Part shown: one piece after another, positions 56,077 through 64,000 of the stretch
Layout: every line of letters starts with the position of its first letter
Position numbering within the stretch: position 1 is the first letter of the stretch
Source of the DNA: a virus
Lineage: Duplodnaviria > Heunggongvirae > Uroviricota > Caudoviricetes
Reading direction: 5' to 3' (one strand)
IMG/VR virus record: IMGVR_UViG_3300013307_000018
Span: 80,312-144,311 of that record
DNA: 64,000 nucleotides
Position numbers and translations under genes: made by a program
Notes under the pieces: generated by a model
The model's database searches: none
What the model saw: the letters and a program-made list of their open reading frames with translations, nothing else
Told to the model about the DNA's origin: nothing

Positions 56077-57627
56077 TTACGCTTTCAGGAATACAACGTT
56101 GGTATGGAATGCGGCGTAGATGCTTGTATCCTCAGCCGTGTCCAGGATAAAAGCATGCCGGAAAGAGATATCCGATTCACGCCACGTTACAACCGACACT
56201 TTAACCCCGTTGTCAGCCATTGCTGCTAACACATTGCGGTCCGGGGTATGTAGACCAAGCGACAACGTCAACTCCATCGTCTTGTCGACACCGGTAGTGT
56301 TATACCGAATCGGGACTTTGATTGTTTTCAGGCCGGGCTGAATGGCCTTCTTCAATTTAAGAGTTTCTTTTGTCTTCTTGACTTCTACATCGTAGAGCTG
56401 GTTAGTCAAATCAGTCAAAACGACCGCAAACTCAGGTTCACTGGTCGCTAAACAAGACTCCAGTACGCGCTCTAAGAGCTGCACGTTGTCCATTGCAAAC
56501 AAGGCCCGACGAGGTGGGTTGGCTTCACCGGTGAGCATTTCACCCGGGTCACCTAACGTGTAGACGTCGTTAGACACCGGAGCCGTTTCCGTATAGTACA
56601 TTCCATAACGCAGAATGGTATCGTAATGCTCCTGCTTGAACGTGGTGGCTAAATCACACACCACCGCTGTACAGTAGTTGTGTTTGCTCACCGCGTCCTG
56701 GTGGGCTCGGATACATTCGAGAATCGGCTCTGCATTTTTAGTGAACAGGACCGAGTAACGAACTTCACCCGACGGCTTGCCCCACAACTCGTTCTTACGG
56801 ATATCCGCAATGCGTTTCTCCGTGCCTTGTTTTACCGACTGCTTATCATGAATACCGCAGTGATAAACAAATCGTCCATCCTTACTCGTTGGGATTTCCC
56901 CCAGATGAGTAAAGAAATACCAACATGAGTGCCCAAAGAACCGGGACGGTCGGGCATCGGCTTTCCAGTACTCTTTCGAATCATGGACTTCCAGAATCTC
57001 ATGTTTGTCGTTGTTGCGTGAGTGATGCAGTCCACGGGTGGCATTGCGGTCGGCCCGGATGTTACCGATGTTGTCTGAGTGTCCTTTCGTCCACTCCCAG
57101 TCGAATGTTACGCCTTGTGCTTTCAGCGCTTCAATCTCAGGCAACAACATCTTCCATTCGCCCTGATTCGCCACCGGTAACCCATCGGGCTTAATCCAGT
57201 TGTTACGAATCCAGGCTTTTGACCAACTCCCGATTCCTTTTAACACATACTCCGAATCGAGAATGAACTTCGCCACTTTGGCGCCGGACTCTTTGAGCAG
57301 TTGTACCCCTTGAATCGCCGCTGATAGCTCGGCTACGTTGTTCGAGGTCTTACGCTCATCGTTACTGAATACCGGGGCCCAGGCATCGTAGTGGTTTAAT
57401 GGAGTGACCTGCAACATGTTCTTGGCCAACCCATTTCCGTTCCGATACCCTTCATTGGTGGGTAAATCGATTTTCTTTGCAGCCTTATCGGTTGCTGAGC
57501 TAAGGGCGTACGTGTAACCGTGTACACCCCAGCCACAATGTCCCCCAGGGTTAGGACGACAGCCACCGTCGGTATAAAGAACAATACCCAGTGGTTCATC
57601 TGCCGGGGTCGTTTGTTTTTTTGTCAT
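56077..57627 (-). CDS. rnhA: Ribonuclease HI with C-terminal extension
   Basis: LYTDGGCRPNPG, SNNVAEL, LDSEYV, WIKPDGLPVANQGEW, WEWTKGHSDNIGNIRAD. Confidence 0.95.
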   Translation of the reverse strand: MTKKQTTPADEPLGIVLYTDGGCRPNPGGHCGWGVHGYTYALSSATDKAAKKIDLPTNEGYRNGNGLAKNMLQVTPLNHYDAWAPVFSNDERKTSNNVAELSAAIQGVQLLKESGAKVAKFILDSEYVLKGIGSWSKAWIRNNWIKPDGLPVANQGEWKMLLPEIEALKAQGVTFDWEWTKGHSDNIGNIRADRNATRGLHHSRNNDKHEILEVHDSKEYWKADARPSRFFGHSCWYFFTHLGEIPTSKDGRFVYHCGIHDKQSVKQGTEKRIADIRKNELWGKPSGEVRYSVLFTKNAEPILECIRAHQDAVSKHNYCTAVVCDLATTFKQEHYDTILRYGMYYTETAPVSNDVYTLGDPGEMLTGEANPPRRALFAMDNVQLLERVLESCLATSEPEFAVVLTDLTNQLYDVEVKKTKETLKLKKAIQPGLKTIKVPIRYNTTGVDKTMELTLSLGLHTPDRNVLAAMADNGVKVSVVTWRESDISFRHAFILDTAEDTSIYAAFHTNVVFLKA

Positions 57628-57678
57628 GGGTCGATTCCATTGTCGCGTATTCGTATCAATTGATACCTGGCCTGTGTA

Positions 57679-58131
57679 CTATTTAACACAAGGCGCGTAA
57701 CGCTCGTTTGCAGCGTTGATTAGGCGACGCAGTTCACGGACATGAATGGCCAGGATTTGATTCACCAACATCGGGTCTTGGGTAATCGGCTCTGGGGTGT
57801 TGGGCATCACAATCGGCTGCCACGTATACGGAAACGAGCAGGTATGGCCGGTAGACGTCAACAGTCCTTCGGTCACCCCCAACTGGTTAATATATTCGGT
57901 TAACCGGTAGTGGTAGTTAATGAGTGACTGACGATAACGCAGCATGCCAACGTGGTAGTCTTCGGAGGTTGACCGTTGCACGTAGTCAGAGCGTTTCGGG
58001 AGGGTCGGCTCAGTATAAGGTTCGATGTCTGCGAGCGAATCATCGGGTTTGTGTTCTTCAGCTGGTTCCCCCATTGAATTACACCCAACCAACAACACCG
58101 CAAGCAATGACAAGCTAACGAGGCGAATCAT
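57679..58131 (-). CDS. Outer-membrane lipoprotein, probable o-spanin (Rz1-like)
   Basis: Signal peptide with lipobox LLVG|C17; Pro-rich mature part; overlaps the upstream membrane gene by 17 nt. Confidence 0.75.
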   Translation of the reverse strand: MIRLVSLSLLAVLLVGCNSMGEPAEEHKPDDSLADIEPYTEPTLPKRSDYVQRSTSEDYHVGMLRYRQSLINYHYRLTEYINQLGVTEGLLTSTGHTCSFPYTWQPIVMPNTPEPITQDPMLVNQILAIHVRELRRLINAANERYAPCVK

Positions 58132-58699
58132 TCAGGCTGTCCTCACGCAGTTGTTTCAATACATCCACCGCGCGATTGTGTCGCTTCAGGGATTGGGGGG
58201 TTTGTTTGCCCTCAGTGCGAAACGTACTGAGGTTAGTTGCCGCACTTTCGGCCGTTCCGAGTTTGCTGCGCAAGTCCCGGTTCTCTGCGAGTAACACCCG
58301 ATTATCTTCCTGGGTTGATACGAGTGTTGCTTGTGCGGAGGCGAGCTTGGCATTGATGGTTTCTTTCTCATCCCTGAGTTCACGAACCCGACCGTAGAAT
58401 TTATCGTTCTCCGCGCGAAGACGATCCCTGTCGTCGCGCAAATCACGGGTATTGGTGTCGTTTTTATCGACCTGGTCTTCCAGCACCATGACTTTGGATT
58501 CTGCAACGTGTAACCGCTGCATCATGTTAAAGGCATAATAACTGCCGTAACCCAACAACACCAACAGAAATACGATCGTGTAAAAGAAGGCTTTCAAGCG
58601 GGAAGGCGTCTCTGCCTCGGGCCCGCGTCGACCCCCTAGAACCATCTCCCTGAAGAACGGCCATAAGACTGGCAAGATTTTAATCAATGTTGCAAGCAT
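58115..58699 (-). CDS. Inner-membrane coiled-coil protein, probable i-spanin (Rz-like)
   Basis: TM helix FFYTIVFLLVLLGYGSYYAF followed by about 100 aa of coiled coil. Confidence 0.75.
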   Translation of the reverse strand: MLATLIKILPVLWPFFREMVLGGRRGPEAETPSRLKAFFYTIVFLLVLLGYGSYYAFNMMQRLHVAESKVMVLEDQVDKNDTNTRDLRDDRDRLRAENDKFYGRVRELRDEKETINAKLASAQATLVSTQEDNRVLLAENRDLRSKLGTAESAATNLSTFRTEGKQTPQSLKRHNRAVDVLKQLREDSLNDSPR

Positions 58700-58787
58700 T
58701 GGCTTCTCCTATCAATATGACCGGCGTAATGTCACCAGACCATGCTTTATTGCCAACAAATCATTCACCAAGAGGGTTGATTACAAA

Positions 58788-60128
58788 ATGTACAGTGCTT
58801 ATAGCTTTGTCAACATCCAGAGTATGATTGACAACGCCGTGGGGAAAGTGGCGCCCCTTGGTGAGTTATCTCCCGATTCTGCATCCTATTCAAAAGAACA
58901 GGGACTGTACGGCGATGCCGTGGCGGCCCCATATGCTCGTTTGGTTTGTTTTCGCAGTACCGAAGAAGATGACTCGACCAACAACGTTTCACTCGTCCCC
59001 ATGGATGTTGCCTACAGTGACCCGTTGTTGCAGGTTGCCAACTGGTTTGCTCAAACGTCCATCAACGGTGGGTTTTCAAATGACAGCACCTTGGCTGCGC
59101 AAAATTTTAGCACGGAGTTCCCCAACTTTACATTACTGGATATCGGCAAGATGTACAGCAACACCGCTAACCAATGGTTACCGGGTTCTGTTGCCATTAA
59201 GCTCACGACGGCCAGTGAAGACAATTACTTAAAACTGTGGTTTGCAGATGCGGCGTTTGAAGCCGAGTACAGCTTCTACACCATCGAAGTTCTGCCGCCG
59301 CTTGATACGGTTGATGACCTGACTCAGGATTACGAAACGGTACTCCCGGCACTCAAGGCCCTGACCATTGAAGGCCAAATCAAAAAGGCGAAAGAAAAAT
59401 GGTCGAAAGGTGTGCGTCCGGTTATCGATGCCGATACCTTTGAATGGTACGATTTCGAAGATGCGGAACAACACGCGCCTGCCCCTTACGTCTACGCGAT
59501 TTGGGGACAAGCCGGTAACAATGAGGACGCAAAGCGACAAGCGACCCGTGACTTTATTCTGGGTAAATCCAAATACGGTCAGGATCGGTGGGAGGTCCAT
59601 CATCCCGATTTGTTTATCCCAACGGAATTCTATTTGATTCCATTATGGGACCGGGTAGCAGTACCCGAACAAACCGTAAGCTACGGTCTGTACCGCCCTG
59701 TCGTAAAACCGGCAGAAGCGGTGCGTATCTCAAAGGATACCATGGTTGGCTATCCTGATGCGTGGGTATCCGGTGACAACATCGAAATCGTCAGTACGTG
59801 CATGAAGTCATTGCAAGTATTGGCTCTGGGCAATGAGAAAAACCGATTAGCGAAACCCACGTTCAGTGAACAGTGGCCTGGCTATGCGGCTATCTCAACC
59901 ACCCACGTTGACTTTGACAACCTGCATCCGGAAACACAACAGTTTATCTACCTGCTGTTGAACATGTTGGTGGCAGCGGAATCATTGACTGCGTACAGTG
60001 ATTTGCCGGCCGGCATGAGTCGGGTGACCCGTGACGGGAAACTCTATCTCGCCGCAACCTACAAAGACTGTCAGTATCTGGTGCTGAACAAACAGTATTT
60101 CACGGACCAGGCCAGCGCCAGTAACTAA
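58788..60128 (+). CDS. Virion structural protein (phiKZ gp157-like by synteny)
   Basis: APLGELSPDSASYSKE, LKLWFADAAF, PDLFIPTEFYLIPLW motifs. Confidence 0.7.
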   Translation: MYSAYSFVNIQSMIDNAVGKVAPLGELSPDSASYSKEQGLYGDAVAAPYARLVCFRSTEEDDSTNNVSLVPMDVAYSDPLLQVANWFAQTSINGGFSNDSTLAAQNFSTEFPNFTLLDIGKMYSNTANQWLPGSVAIKLTTASEDNYLKLWFADAAFEAEYSFYTIEVLPPLDTVDDLTQDYETVLPALKALTIEGQIKKAKEKWSKGVRPVIDADTFEWYDFEDAEQHAPAPYVYAIWGQAGNNEDAKRQATRDFILGKSKYGQDRWEVHHPDLFIPTEFYLIPLWDRVAVPEQTVSYGLYRPVVKPAEAVRISKDTMVGYPDAWVSGDNIEIVSTCMKSLQVLALGNEKNRLAKPTFSEQWPGYAAISTTHVDFDNLHPETQQFIYLLLNMLVAAESLTAYSDLPAGMSRVTRDGKLYLAATYKDCQYLVLNKQYFTDQASASN

Positions 60129-60138
60129 GGGGTAACAC

Positions 60139-60762
60139 ATGGCAATCAGTCTTATCCCGCCACTGAACACGCGGGGGATTTACACCCTGCGTGACCCGTG
60201 GGTGTCTGACGTAACGAGGATTTACAGCTGTATTGGGGTAGAGCGTTTCTCGGCCCTGGCGGCCCGCAACATTAACGTGTACGAAACCTACTACAAAGCC
60301 CGTGGGTTAGCACAGACCGTTTACGATGAAGACAACGCCGCTGGAGCAGCCATCATTACGTTGGCCAATGAGTTCGCTGAACCCATTTCCGTGCCGTCGA
60401 CCTACATCGTAAGCTACCCCAATCTCGGCAGCGTGACCTATGACCACATTGTGTTATCCGTGAGCTTAGGTGAGCTATATTCCGGGATTGGGTTAGAAGG
60501 GGTGCAGGAACAAATCGCCCTGGCTGTGGAAGGGGTGATTGGAGTAACGCCGGCCGTGAAAGTGCATACCGCACCGTCAAAGAACGCGATTACCCCCGAC
60601 CAGCACCAGACCATCGAAGCAAACCGCAATGCGGCGATTACCAACCGCACCACCAACGCAGCAACGATTATCGCACTGCAACGCCAGGTCGCAGAATTGC
60701 AGCAACAGAACGCCACAATGACGCAAATCCTTATCGATAACCACTGGGTCGGCAACGCCTGA
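60139..60762 (+). CDS. Virion structural protein (phiKZ gp158-like by synteny)
   Basis: IPPLNTRGIYTLRDPW start, VPSTYIVSYP, short C-terminal coiled coil. Confidence 0.7.
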   Translation: MAISLIPPLNTRGIYTLRDPWVSDVTRIYSCIGVERFSALAARNINVYETYYKARGLAQTVYDEDNAAGAAIITLANEFAEPISVPSTYIVSYPNLGSVTYDHIVLSVSLGELYSGIGLEGVQEQIALAVEGVIGVTPAVKVHTAPSKNAITPDQHQTIEANRNAAITNRTTNAATIIALQRQVAELQQQNATMTQILIDNHWVGNA

Positions 60763-60782
60763 TCATACACGACAACATAAAT

Positions 60783-60802
60783 GGGGGGACGTAAGTCCCC
60801 CC
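60783..60802. terminator. Terminator at a convergent junction
   Basis: GGGGGGAC-GTAA-GTCCCCCC. Confidence 0.75.
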
Positions 60803-60898
60803 AAATATTTCGCTACGCAGATTGGCCGAAGCCAAAGAGTACCTGATAAGGTCTCTAAAGGGTGGGATAAACAGGAGGCGTTTTCCCATATAATGCCA

Positions 60899-63382
60899 TT
60901 AATTAATTGTCAAACACTGGTTGTAGTTGTCGGTGACCGTAACGTTATCGGCATGCAAGATGTTAACATCCGCTAGGGTGAACATCGAATGCAGTGCCGG
61001 GTTGTGGGAAATCAAAAACACCTGCGTGGTTTTACCGGACTCTACCATGAACTTGATGTACTGCATCACCCGCACGGCATGGGTCTCATCGAATTCACGG
61101 GCCAGTTCGTCTAAGTACAGCGGATAGTCTTTCAGTTGCAGATACCGCATCACCGTAAACCGAAACGCCAGATTGATGATGGCTTGTTGGGAGTCAGACC
61201 CCATGTTGATATCCCCCACCAAATCGTCTTCTTCCCCCCTGACTTGTAACGGGAACTTGTAGTTCAAATCCCCACCATCAATCCCACACGGCAACACTTC
61301 AAGGTCATAGGTCCAGACCGTTGCAATGTAGCTGTTGATTTGACTAATCAGACTGTTAACTGAGCTGCTGAGGTATTCCGCCACCAAGCCTTCTTTCGGG
61401 GAGAGCATGCTGGCCAGGGCAGCAGCAGCATCCGATTCTTTACGGGCGTCCTCCATGGTTTCCCGTAAGCGGTTCAGTGTGTTCTGGGCCTGGTCTGCTG
61501 CCCGCAGGCGGTTTTCCAGTGACGCCAGACGGGATTGACGTTCAGCAATCAACGCCGACATCCGGGCATTGAAGTCCATTTTGGCTTTAACGACTTCTTG
61601 CTCCATGGCGTCGTCATACACAGTCTTGAGTTGCTGGTAGGTAGACTCCAGCATCAGAAACGCCCGCTCGTGTCCAATCAACGCCCGGTGCTGTTGTTTG
61701 GCTTCGTTCAGTAAGCGTAACCATTCCCCCATTTGTTGTTCCAGTTTTTCATACTGGCTGTTCAGTACGGTCAGGTTTTTCTGACGGGCTTGGTTGTTCG
61801 CGGTGACCGCCAGCTGGTACGCAGTTTTGACCTGCTCCAGTTCGGTGGTGAGATTGAAGCGCTCGATTTGTTCTTCGAGGGTGGTCATCCAGTGACGTAC
61901 GTCTGCCAATAACATCTTAGGGCCGGTGGTAAAGTACGGGGACTCAATCACCGCCGTCCGATAGGCTTCCAGGGCTTGTTCTGCTAACGCCCGGGAAATC
62001 GACTGACGACGCTGACGCCACTCATCCACTTCTTCAATGTACTGGTGAACGTCTACTGCTTCATTGCGCAACATCGTGAGTTTGGCATCCAGTATCCCGA
62101 GTTCGTGACTGATTTGGCTGCGGGTATCGCCACCAATCCCGGGTTTGAATGACGTAGTGCAACTCGGACAGACCACGTTCTCGGTGGTGTCAATGCGGCG
62201 CAGCTCCATCTGCAAATGGACCATGCGATTACGGGCCTGGTCTTGCTCCTGTTCAATGGTCTGACTGCGCCCCACCGCTTTCACATACTGCTCTTTGCCA
62301 TATTCCGGTTTGGTGACCGGTAAGGCACTGAGCAAGTCAGCGAGTTCCCCAATCCGGTCCCGTAGAATTTGGGCGACAATCGGGGCCTGGGCATCCGGCA
62401 CCAGTATCCGACCCGATACCGCAAACTGGGTGACACGCCGTTGCAACAAGTCCACCCGTTGCGCTTGCACTGCCAGTTCTTCATCTGAAATCCCACCCAG
62501 TTCTTTGAGTTGTTTGTCGAGTTCATAAAACTCGTTCACATGTCGGTCGTACTGGGCTTGCAGGTGTACCACCCGGTCCGCTTCACGTACCACCGCCGTC
62601 TGGGTTTCTTTCAGCGTACGGTACGGACCCAAATCAGATTGACGTGTATTGAGGATGGTTTCGCTTAACTGGGTGAGTTTGCTGTCAGTCAAATACCCGG
62701 CGTTCAGTGTCCCCAATGGGATTTTGGCTTCCATGTATTCGGTGAGTTCATCCTTCACCGCCTGGATATCCTGCTCCAGCGTCAGTCGTTCAGCATCCGG
62801 TAACAACACCTTGCTCACTTCAGGGAACTGTTCCACGGCATGTTTGTGCACCGCTGCCATCTGACGACTGCGTGCCATGAACTGCTGGTAGACCGCCATG
62901 CCTTCTTTGATGTCCACCGGGGACAAGACCTGAAACCACTCCTGACGTTTGGCCGGTGACATGTTAACGAACTTTGACATGGTTGAGCGGCCCAACAACA
63001 CGTCATGCAGTTCTGATGTCAATCCCGTGTACTGAAATACCAATTCTTTTTGTACCGCACCCGTGCCCCCTGGATTGAGTTCATCAATCACCCCGTCGTC
63101 ATGCACCAGTTTAAATGAGTGACGGGCTGAGCGCTTACCAATTTCTGAGGTCAGGATAAAGCGGTTGCCGTTGTGGGTGCCCTCCCAGTGTTTGCTGCCG
63201 CCTTCATGGTAATCCCCGGGAATGGCCGGGAGCATGCTGAGTTGTGAGAGAAAAGAGGACTTCCCACAGCCGTTGGTACCCAGGATAAGTTGGAACGGGG
63301 AGGCCGGGGTGTATTCAATCTCGTTGATGCCAGACAATGCCAGGGGTTTGTACCCCACGAGCTTCAGGTAATCGGTATCCAT
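60899..63382 (-). CDS. sbcC: SbcC/Rad50-like SMC ATPase
   Basis: Walker A GTNGCGKSS, central zinc hook CPSC between coiled coils, signature GSDSQ, Walker B LYLDE, H-loop ISH. Confidence 0.92.
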   Translation of the reverse strand: MDTDYLKLVGYKPLALSGINEIEYTPASPFQLILGTNGCGKSSFLSQLSMLPAIPGDYHEGGSKHWEGTHNGNRFILTSEIGKRSARHSFKLVHDDGVIDELNPGGTGAVQKELVFQYTGLTSELHDVLLGRSTMSKFVNMSPAKRQEWFQVLSPVDIKEGMAVYQQFMARSRQMAAVHKHAVEQFPEVSKVLLPDAERLTLEQDIQAVKDELTEYMEAKIPLGTLNAGYLTDSKLTQLSETILNTRQSDLGPYRTLKETQTAVVREADRVVHLQAQYDRHVNEFYELDKQLKELGGISDEELAVQAQRVDLLQRRVTQFAVSGRILVPDAQAPIVAQILRDRIGELADLLSALPVTKPEYGKEQYVKAVGRSQTIEQEQDQARNRMVHLQMELRRIDTTENVVCPSCTTSFKPGIGGDTRSQISHELGILDAKLTMLRNEAVDVHQYIEEVDEWRQRRQSISRALAEQALEAYRTAVIESPYFTTGPKMLLADVRHWMTTLEEQIERFNLTTELEQVKTAYQLAVTANNQARQKNLTVLNSQYEKLEQQMGEWLRLLNEAKQQHRALIGHERAFLMLESTYQQLKTVYDDAMEQEVVKAKMDFNARMSALIAERQSRLASLENRLRAADQAQNTLNRLRETMEDARKESDAAAALASMLSPKEGLVAEYLSSSVNSLISQINSYIATVWTYDLEVLPCGIDGGDLNYKFPLQVRGEEDDLVGDINMGSDSQQAIINLAFRFTVMRYLQLKDYPLYLDELAREFDETHAVRVMQYIKFMVESGKTTQVFLISHNPALHSMFTLADVNILHADNVTVTDNYNQCLTIN

Positions 63383-63625
63383 CGGAGTGTCCTAATCGTG
63401 TGTATTCGTCTCTGTATAATGTCCAGTGTCTGTAAGGTTTTATTTCATTCCACTTTTCGAAAAAAATAAATTCAATTTTTGGGTTTTTTCTTCTCTCTAT
63501 ATCTAAGTACTATACTAATACAGCGGCATAGTTGCCGCTGGCTAGGGGTCGGATTACTCAAAGATATAACTCATCTCGTGTAGAAAAATACATATTTGTA
63601 ACAAAACGTAACAAGGTACCCGCCC

Positions 63626-64000
63626 ATGAAAATGCGTCAGTCTGAATTTCACAAATATTCCATCGGGATTGTGGCCGAACATGCCAAACTCGGTGCACGC
63701 GAAATCCTGGTGATTCCCATTGAGGAAACCCCGCACGTCGACGGGATTCTGAAATCCAATCCTCAGGTACTGACCACCAAAGGCGTGGACGGGGAAGGCA
63801 AAGACTACCAGGACGACGCCCTGACCGATAACACCGTCACTGCAACGTGGCTACCGGATTCCGCTAACCGGGTCAGTGCCCCTAACGTGCGCAGGAACAC
63901 CCGTGTGCAACTTTACCGCATGGGTGATAGCGATACGTTCTATTGGCGTGATCTCGGCTTAGACGGCCATCTGAAGCGCTTAGAGACCGTCATCTACGCC
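63626..64000 (+). CDS. Central tail spike/needle protein, phiKZ gp164 type (partial)
   Basis: Hand-translated: YSIGIVAE..ILVIPIE..VTATWLP..NRVSAPNVRRNTRVQLYRMGDSDTFYW; open to the window end; absent from the track. Confidence 0.75.
   Translation, partial: MKMRQSEFHKYSIGIVAEHAKLGAREILVIPIEETPHVDGILKSNPQVLTTKGVDGEGKDYQDDALTDNTVTATWLPDSANRVSAPNVRRNTRVQLYRMGDSDTFYWRDLGLDGHLKRLETVIYA

Noticed and set aside
63554-63736. 60-aa minus-strand ORF
   Set aside because: Overlaps the spike gene start on the opposite strand in an AT-rich divergent promoter region; no RBS
1-64000. tRNA genes, CRISPR arrays, transposases, stop-codon reassignment
   Set aside because: GTTCGA-like hits (e.g. near 31810) lie within CDS without cloverleafs; no regularly spaced repeats; core genes are intact in the standard code

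Overview
This is a 64-kb segment of a phiKZ-like (Chimalliviridae-type) jumbo myophage genome. It uses the standard genetic code, and its gene order matches what I recall for SPN3US/Erwinia-type phages. Core genes recognisable from motifs: large terminase, three tail/baseplate genes, tail sheath and tube, prohead protease, four of the five split virion RNA polymerase subunits (beta-N, beta-C, beta'-N with the DFDGD site, beta'-C), a 2235-aa tape measure with a lytic transglycosylase domain, RecA/UvsX, RNase HI, an overlapping i-/o-spanin pair, an SbcC/Rad50 ATPase and the start of the central tail spike. Accessory content: an AP2-repeat protein (partial, absent from the ORF track), MazG-like and SspB genes, SLOG/DUF2493 and DUF488-like proteins, and many hypotheticals. 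A fixed-spacing 28-bp early-promoter motif occurs five to six times. The most unusual items are (1) a ~420-nt non-coding interval at 5465-5885 tiled by about ten hairpins, a candidate structured ncRNA; (2) an early operon of 11 tiny genes at 18.3-21.0 kb, nine encoding membrane peptides and three of those glycine-zipper hairpins; and (3) a possible ADP-ribosyltransferase-fold gene inside the protease/vRNAP operon. I found no tRNA, rRNA, CRISPR array, intron/intein or transposase. Homologue numbers (phiKZ/SPN3US gp) come from memory and synteny, not from database searches.
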